Assembly: GCA_051530055.1 (NCBI GenBank)
Contig: CM121341.1
Location: forward strand, 8,968,784-9,032,783
Source of the DNA: Neoechinorhynchus agilis
Lineage: Eukaryota; Animalia; Acanthocephala
Length of the DNA stretch: 64,000 nt
Direction: 5' to 3'
Position numbers and translations under genes: made by a program. The notes below the pieces were generated by a model. The model made no database searches. It saw only the letters and a program-made list of their open reading frames with translations, and had not been told where the DNA came from. Below are positions 56,777 to 64,000 of this stretch, piece after piece; the first letter of the stretch is position 1; every line of letters begins with the position of its first letter.

Positions 56777-59700
56777 TTACATTTTTGGCATTCTAAAAAT
56801 TTTATTTTCCCCTTTTTCTTCGGGGAGATCGATTCCTTCGATGCTCAATGGTGTCATAAAGATGAACTGAGTGTCATTGATTTCCGCAGCCGCTTCTAGC
56901 AACAATGTTGTAGCCGTTGAACGATTTACACAGTCCATAAAAACGTCATATTCGTCCATAAATCGGAAAGGATTCCTCGATATGGACCACATTGCGATCA
57001 GAAGGCAAACAGTCCCGTATGATCGCTCACCGCCACTTAAAGTGCACAAATCTCGTTTTGTCTCACGGGAATTGTAATTCTCATTGTCACCAAATGGTTG
57101 TATTTGTATCTTCAACCGTTTTTCAACATGATCAAATTCAAGACTGCCTCTCATACTACGACACCGCAGAAAATGCTCAAAATTTAATTTGCAACGGGCT
57201 GCTATCTGATTTCGGAAATCTTGTATTACCATCCTGCGTTCCGTTAGCATTTGACCCAAAAGAACAAATAACGATGCATTTCGTTCGAGGACACCTTCAG
57301 TTGACTGAATCACTCTCGATAAATCGTCAATTCGTTCTTTTGCCGTTTCAACAGATTCAGAATGCACTCTTCTTATTTGCATTTGACTAATTTTGCGATT
57401 CAGCGTTTCGATACGTCTCTGAATTTCATCAACACTTCGCGTATTTATTTTTATATCATCAGGACACTCTTGCTTTCCACTGTACTCAATAGCTTCCTTT
57501 TCTAGGATTTCCAGGTCCTCAACCAATCGAACGATCTCATTTTCTTTCTCTTCGCTCTTTTTAATCACTTCAGCCAATAGCGTTCTAATCTCTACTTGCT
57601 GGCTTCTTATTTGCTCCAGTTTTTCTATGTTTACAGCCAGTGCCTTTTCAGTATTTTCAATTTCGTCCTTTACTTTTCTATAGGCTGCTCTAAGAATAAC
57701 ATACTTATCCTGAAGCTGATTTAGTCTTACTCTATGTTCCGCTTCTCTACTTTTTTCCTGCTTTTCTTCATCTTTTAATGCATCGATTGAACTCTTTATG
57801 GTGACTAATTCCCTTTCAAAAAATTTAAGATGTTCCTTGCCAGGTTCATCCAATAATTCAGATTCGATCTCATCAAAGCGACTCTTCATTTTAGAAACGG
57901 ACAATTGTAGCTCAACGGGGTCATGGTTAGTGCAAGGAATGGTTTTGATATCTTCTTTAATTTTCATTATCTCAGCCTTTTTGGCCTCATACTGGTTGGA
58001 GAGTTCATTGATCAGCTTGTTTATCTCGTCGATTCGCGTCTTTCTGTCTTGCTTCGACAGGATCGGACTCCGCCAACGATTCGTGTAACAACGAAATGAA
58101 GTGTCATCATTCACTATGATCTCCGAACAATCTCGTAAGAACGCTTTCCGAATTCCGGCTGATCTGCACATTGGATCCTTTAGTACACTAAGAGCTTCGT
58201 CGCGACTCTCAATTACCGATTTGATGATTCACCTTCACTCTTTACGTTTTGCGACAAAGCGAGGCGAGACCTCATGCTTAGATTGAATTTACAATAAAAC
58301 AAGAAGCTGAGCGTGTCGATTATATGATATTTTCTCCATAACATATATCTGCCTTCAAAAAGTTTCGTAAATTGGACTTCTTGCATATTACTGTTGAGGT
58401 AGCCATAGGGCCGAAACAACCGAAAATGAGAGCAAATTGTTTACAAAAATTCTAGAATTTGATAAAATAAATTCGAGGGCGACGTCGAATTTACCAAAAA
58501 AACAAAGGCACCCACTGGTATCACCACCAAATCTCCTTTAAAAGAATGCAATCAATTCGACCAATATCCAATAAAGCAAGCCTTACGTTCTCATCTTTGA
58601 TATTCAGATGTCCGTAAACGGTCCCATAATTCCGATACTGCTTTCTACAGGTATTTAAACGATCAGTCAAAGGCTTTTGTACTATAATTTGAGGCATAAA
58701 AGTTCGATCGGACCGATATATTGATTTCATTATCTGTCTTAGTCTATCCTCATCTACATAATTTGTACATATAAAAGACTTCAGCAGACCGATTCCAATT
58801 GCACTTTCGATTGGACCTTGCCAGTTAGAATCGACTACTTCTAAATGAACACCTAAAGGACCGATTGGCGGCGTTCTGAACCGAGTTGTGTTCGCATTTA
58901 TCGCACTCACTAGGCTTGGAATTTCGTGTCCAAATCGAGCGAGGTCATTCGCGTTATCGGCTTCGATGGTTCTGATTGACTGTTTCTTGAATGAAATTTG
59001 CGCGTGGATACTTTCTAGATCTCGTTTAATCTCGTCAAATTTGGCCGTTAATTCACGTTTTTGGTCAGCCGTTTTTGTTGCTACTTCTAACTCTACTTCC
59101 AGTGTTTTTGTTTTCGCTTCAATTTTGGCTCGCAAGTCGTCCGATTCCTTCCTTAGAGCAATCATCCGTTCTGGATGCAAATTCATGAAATTATGAACAT
59201 TCTCATCAATCTTCTTCGACTCACATTCCAAACTAACGATTTGTTTCTCGATTCCCTTTATCTGCTGCACCATCAAAGTCAACTTTTCGTTCTCCGATCG
59301 AATCAAACTAAAGGTTTCTTTACATTCCATTCTTGCCGGTGCTGAATCCACTTTCAACTTGCTTAAACGTTCATTAATTTCTGAAATCTCTTTTGTTACG
59401 TTCTCTATATCAGCCTCGAATTTCACGAATCGTTCTTCGAGCGTTGGCCGACAGGCCACATACTTTTCAAGACTTTCTTTTTTCTTCTTTATTTCTGCAT
59501 CAAAATTCAAGAATTTCGTCCATTTTAACTCGGCTTCAAGTTCACAAACGTTGGCCTTATCGATCTCCAGTAACTTCGCTCCATGAATAATCTGTTCATA
59601 TTTTTTGTACTCACTTTTTCTTTTTTCTAAATCTCTTCGTTGTTCGCTAATAACTTGACTGACGCTGTTGATTTTGTTCTCAACCTCGTCCAACTCCATC

Positions 59701-60353
59701 CAGCACTTGTTTAAACCAGTCATGCGACCAAAGAACTCATACATTTTTCTAGAATTTTGATTCATCATGAAATCTTTAGCTAGTTGTTGACTCAACATGC
59801 AAACGGGATTATCTAAGTCAATCATCAATTCACCAAGAACCTTCTGGATATCACAAATGGAGTCGGATATAACGCTACCGTTTTCATCACATATTTTGTA
59901 TCGAGAAACGGCACGGTCATCAGCACCACTACTGCTAATCCTTCTTACAATGGTTAGAGTTGATCCGCATTCCGAGAATAGGCATTGGTCCCCGTTTCGA
60001 ATAACGACTGAGATCTCTGAGTATCGCTCGCCGGATTTGACAAAACTGGTTATGGTTCTTACATCTCGACCGGTTTGGATCGCCCGTCCACCAAGGCATA
60101 AAATTAAAGCGTTCATCAATGCTGATTTTCCGCTTCCATTAGAACCAAGAATGATATTGATACGTGGAGCCAAGCGAACCGACAAGTTCGAGTGGCACAT
60201 GAAATTCTCCATACGAATTTCAATTACGTTTCCTTTGGCGTACAGAAGATGGTCGCATGGTGTAAGTCCTTGGCGAAAACAGCAGAGGTCATTTTCACTT
60301 GGACTGTTAACTTTTCGTTTGGATGTAACCTTCCGTGTCGTTTTGGAAGACAT
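56777..60353 (-). CDS. SMC6: Structural maintenance of chromosomes protein 6
   Basis: IRMENFMCH, Walker A GSNGSGKS, Q-loop LSQQ, coiled coils, hinge PPIGPLG, signature LSGGERS, Walker B FRFMDEYDVFMD; two exons separated by a 325-nt interruption. Confidence 0.95.
58208..58532 (-). other. Putative non-canonical intron (325 nt, exon GAG|AT...TGAG)
   Basis: Removal gives CILLKE-SRDEALSVL; GAGA direct repeat; 11-bp terminal stem GATTTGGTGGT/ATCATCAAATC with two G:U pairs. Confidence 0.55.
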
Positions 60354-61295
60354 TGAAAAGATCTAAAGGCTTAAGAAGTATTTGTAGGGCTGAGTTTTAT
60401 TGTGTCTGAGAGCGCTCCAACCCGGTTTTACCAATCATTTTAGTAAGTTCCGGGTTCGAGAAGACCAATCATCACAGCAGGATCACAAAACCGAAGGGAA
60501 TGGTATTTTAAACGTGTGTGTGTGTGATTGTCAGATTAGAAGTTTCGTTGACCGCTCGTTGCAACGATGCTTCATCATGGTTCATTAAAAACACTAATAA
60601 ACAATCTCATTTTTTAGTAACGAATTAACAGAGGCCAACCAAAGTCGCGGTATTGCAAAACTGCGATTCGATTGTTTAAGATACCCAGAATTCACATTAA
60701 AGCACGGCACGAATCCGAGGAATGGAAACATCGAGAAAAAAGTGGTTTCAAGTGTTGCCTATGGATCTAAAACGCGCGATTCCTTTCCCGCTGTTGTTAG
60801 TGCTACGGTTTCCATTCAATTTTAATAATACGGATTCTCGGAGCTTCGATGACTGAAAATATTGACGGATTTTGCCTTGTTTCTATATAAACGATTTAAA
60901 GACATAAAAATTACACTACAAGTTCAAAGGAGCTTCATCCAGAATTTTAAAAGGAAGGATTTTAGTTAAAAAAGAATGAGCATTTTAAAATCGGTGCCAT
61001 AGGAGAAAATTCGGTATGTAGCTATAATGTTGCTGAATTAACTGGCAGCAGGATCGGATTTCAATTTAAACAGACGGTGGATCTTAAACATTCAGGTTTC
61101 CCGAATCGATGTAAAAACGAACATTTCTAAGTGAAATGAACAGCTTCTTAAATTTAATGATCGGGAAGTAGCTATAATGTTGCTGAATTCACTGGCAGCA
61201 GGATCGGATTTGAATTTAGGTTCAAAATATCCCGATATTTCGGACGCTAACGTTTTGTGGCAAAAAATGTTGAAGATATACCGATATTTCGGATG

Positions 61296-62600
61296 CTAGC
61301 GCGTGACTCGAAGGATGCCATTTAGAAGCTCAGGGGAGAATGTTGGGTTGCGGGAGAGAGAATAGATCATTTTGAAGCATTCAGAGAAATTGAGATGGAG
61401 TTTGTGATTGGTGCAGAAATATTTTATGTGTGTGATTTCTTTAGAGGTTAAATGGGTGATGAGGGTGATATCGTCGACGTTTAAGAAGAGTTTAGAGTGA
61501 GAAGAGAGAGGTTTGAAGTCGTTAAGGAAAATATTAAAGAAAAGTTGGTAATAGTACGGCGGGTGAGGGATAGGCTGACAGAAGAGGCAGAACGGCAGTG
61601 AATGTATTGTTTGCGATTGTGAGGATAAGATTCGAGCCAACGGATCTGCCACGAGTTGAGACCAAAATCGGAGCGAATGGTCCACTGAGTCGAAAGCTTT
61701 CGATAAATAAAGTTGATTGAGACGGGTGACGTGGGCGGGAATATTGTCGAGGTTACGTAGAAGCGTGTCACAAATGCAAAATAGGGCATCGGTTGCAGAA
61801 AATTTGTGCCGGAAGCCGAGAGAAGTGAAAGAAGGCGAGATTTAAAACATTTTTCGATGATTTTTGAAAGAGCGCTCAGAATGGAAATTGGACGGAATGA
61901 TTCGATCGAAATAGGATGTCCTTTTGTTTAATAAGGATAACTTTAGCAGTTTTCAGGTATGAGGGGTAGATGCCATATAAAAAGCTGAAGTTTATAATGT
62001 GAGTTAGGGGGTGATGCAGCAAAAAGCCCAGTTTGGAATTTCGGATTGATCGGATGAATTTCGCGGTAATTTCTTGAGATGTTGGAGGACTTCGTATGAT
62101 GAAACTAAGGGGAGTATCGGAGATTCGACAAACGTTTCAGATGTGGGCGTGAAAGATTGTGTGGTGTCTAATGTTCAGCAATGACTGTAAATTGAATTCG
62201 GGCAGAGGTTCTGATTAATGGAGTCTAGAGCCTGTTTTAATTCAGTGGAGGACAAATTAGGGATCCGGGTGGCGTAGACCAAGAGAGTCCTTGACGGCTC
62301 GCCACCATGTTAAGTTGCCACCTGATCGAATTTTAGAGGAAAAGAAGTTTACGCCATAAGTATTTTGCTAGTTAGAGCTATTTGTAGACGGGGAAAGTCT
62401 GGAGAGTTAGCAGTTAAGATTGTTCCGTGGGTCGAAGTTTTTCTAAGTGATGCGTTTCAGCATCCTAAACCATGAGTCGACCAGAAGGCGTGCACCAAAT
62501 ATCTCGCCTGTTCGCAGGGGGAGGGAGTTTAGAGGAATAAGAGTAGGCGTCGATATTTGTGAACACTTTGTCGAGGTGAGCGTCAAGACAAGTTTGGAAG
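61296..62600 (-). mobile_element. Fragmented L2/CR1-like LINE RT region
   Basis: LFLNVDDITLITH RT motif; 61700-61930 is closely similar to 5620-5870. Confidence 0.85.
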
Positions 62601-63390
62601 TCAACTAAAATATTCAAACTCTAATGAGCGCCGGTGGGTAGTTTGTCTTTGGAATTTTCCAACGAGGAAGTAACCTCTTTCCTCTCACTCTAAGCTCTTA
62701 TACGCCGACGATATCACCCTCATCACCCATTCACCACCCCTCCTTTCCATTTCATTAAAACCTCTGCACCAATCCCAAAATCCACCGGAATTTCTCTAAA
62801 TGCTTCGATATGATCCCCTCATTCTCCTGAAACCCTACATTCTCCCCTGAGGCTCTAAATGCCATCCTAGGAGTAACCCCCCTATGAATTGTGGGTCTCC
62901 AATTTCAATCAAATTTGAAGTGGGACTCGCACATCGCTCTTTCCCTCAAGCACAACACTTTTAAAAGTTATCTCCTCAAACGCCTCCGACATTTGGAAAT
63001 CCCTTCACTCGACCTCTACAAATTTTACTTCGGCTTTATCTTTCTATCCCTCGCTGAAATGTTTCAAGAAGAAGAGCATCTAAAATTTTTACAGTTGATT
63101 TTTTCCGCTCTTTCATCCTTCCTCAGCCTCCGCTCCTTTTTCCATACTACCCAATGTTCTCGGATATCGAGACCCGAAACGAATCGAACGAAAGACCCAA
63201 CCTCACAAACTCTCCGGCAAACAATATCCGCCAATCTCTAACCCGAAGGGACATCCCCCCACCGGATTCGTACTACACGCCAAAACCAACAACGGCCTTC
63301 ATTTAACAAATCAGAACTCGTGGGTTTATCAGAATTCAAAGGGTGGACTTGGATTCTCTGCTTTGAGCAATAAAATGTGTAATTATTGAA
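62600..63390 (+). mobile_element. L2/CR1-like LINE 3' part, opposite orientation
   Basis: LLYADDITLITH; LGLQFQSNLKWDSHI; tail AATAAAATGTGTAATTATT at ~63366. Confidence 0.85.
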
Positions 63391-63769
63391 AACTAAGAAA
63401 CGGTGGAAAACAGCAGTTCAACTTGTTTTTCTCGAGCGTATCTCGTACATTCGATTTTTCCACCGGTTTTTTACACTATGTGGAAATGCCGATAAAATCA
63501 AAACTGATTTCCATTGATAAATTTTAGATCTTACTGTATGTTTTGGGAATCCATTAGACTTATGAAAACGATTAAGCGTTGATTTTTTTATCTTTTTTGC
63601 GAGCTTCACTTAAAATGTTTTAGTAGATCGTAGATGGAAAAGCTTAGCTTTGTTTTAAAAATGATCTTTTTTACTTTCGAGCATTACCATATTCCAATTT
63701 AAGAATTTCCCAAAACTACCCGTTCACAATTATTGGTGATGGCAGTTGAAATCTACCGAAGAATTCGTT

Positions 63770-64000
63770 TCTCCCTTTCCTTTGTTTAAAAATTCTGCTT
63801 GGTCCGACTTCACCGATTTTGTCAATGGCGACAAATCGAGGCATTTGTATTTCTCTTTTGGAACTGCAAGGACCAAGTTGTTCTTAGCCATTTGCATTCG
63901 TGAAGATGAAAAGGAGACAGTTTCAGAACAGTTGATGTGCCGTCCGGTCTTTTGTCGTCATATCTCGGCTAAAACCAACGGTCTCGAGAAGAGATTAAAT
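63770..64000 (-). repeat. Diverged copy of the unknown family at 22070-22240 and 22920-22985
   Basis: Shared strings AAAATTCTGCTTGGTCCGAC, AAATCGAGGCATTTGTATTTCTCTTTT, AAGGACCAAGTTG..CTTAGCCATT and GTCTTTTG..CTCGGCT.AAACCA.CGGT.TCGAG.AGAGAT. Confidence 0.75.

Noticed and set aside
5430-63390. Single-strand bias of element fragments (piRNA-cluster-like)
   Set aside because: Fragments occur on both strands (plus at 2330, 6673, 26230, 36832, 44512, 55095, 62600).
1-64000. tRNA, rRNA, snRNA genes, telomeric repeats, alternative genetic code
   Set aside because: None recognised by eye; long conserved ORFs read in the standard code. A covariance-model scan would be needed to exclude small RNAs.

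Overview
Eukaryotic genomic DNA from a compact, AT-rich, fast-evolving genome. The gene set (Integrator subunit, SLC17, INPP4, SR protein) looks animal-like; the taxon is inference only. Recognisable genes: an INPP4-like phosphatase (partial), RPB6/POLR2F, an RRM-RS splicing factor, an SLC17-like transporter (two copies), INTS9, ANAPC2, an ALYREF/UIF-like UAP56-binding protein and SMC6. DHX8/Prp22 and AMDHD2/nagA are present as decayed pseudogenes, and there are several orphan ORFs. Most introns are short canonical GT-AG introns (about 25-70 nt). The window is rich in retroelement debris: CRE-clade RLE non-LTR elements (one near full length), L2/CR1-like APE-RT LINEs and a Penelope-like RT. 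Structural features: a ~6.2-kb inverted duplication (14516-20710 vs 26753-33166), a 10-copy ~385-bp array of a DHX8-exon/CRE-3'-end junction, a 171-bp hairpin array and a dispersed ~230-bp repeat. Most interesting signal: five reading-frame breaks in INTS9 (3), SMC6 (1) and ANAPC2 (1) resolve cleanly only as introns without a 5' GT. Each is flanked by an AG-containing 2-4 nt direct repeat and carries an inverted-repeat stem near its ends, suggesting a second, structure-defined intron class alongside canonical introns. Caveats: no RNA evidence; orthologue comparisons are from memory, not computed; the assembly shows signs of indel noise.
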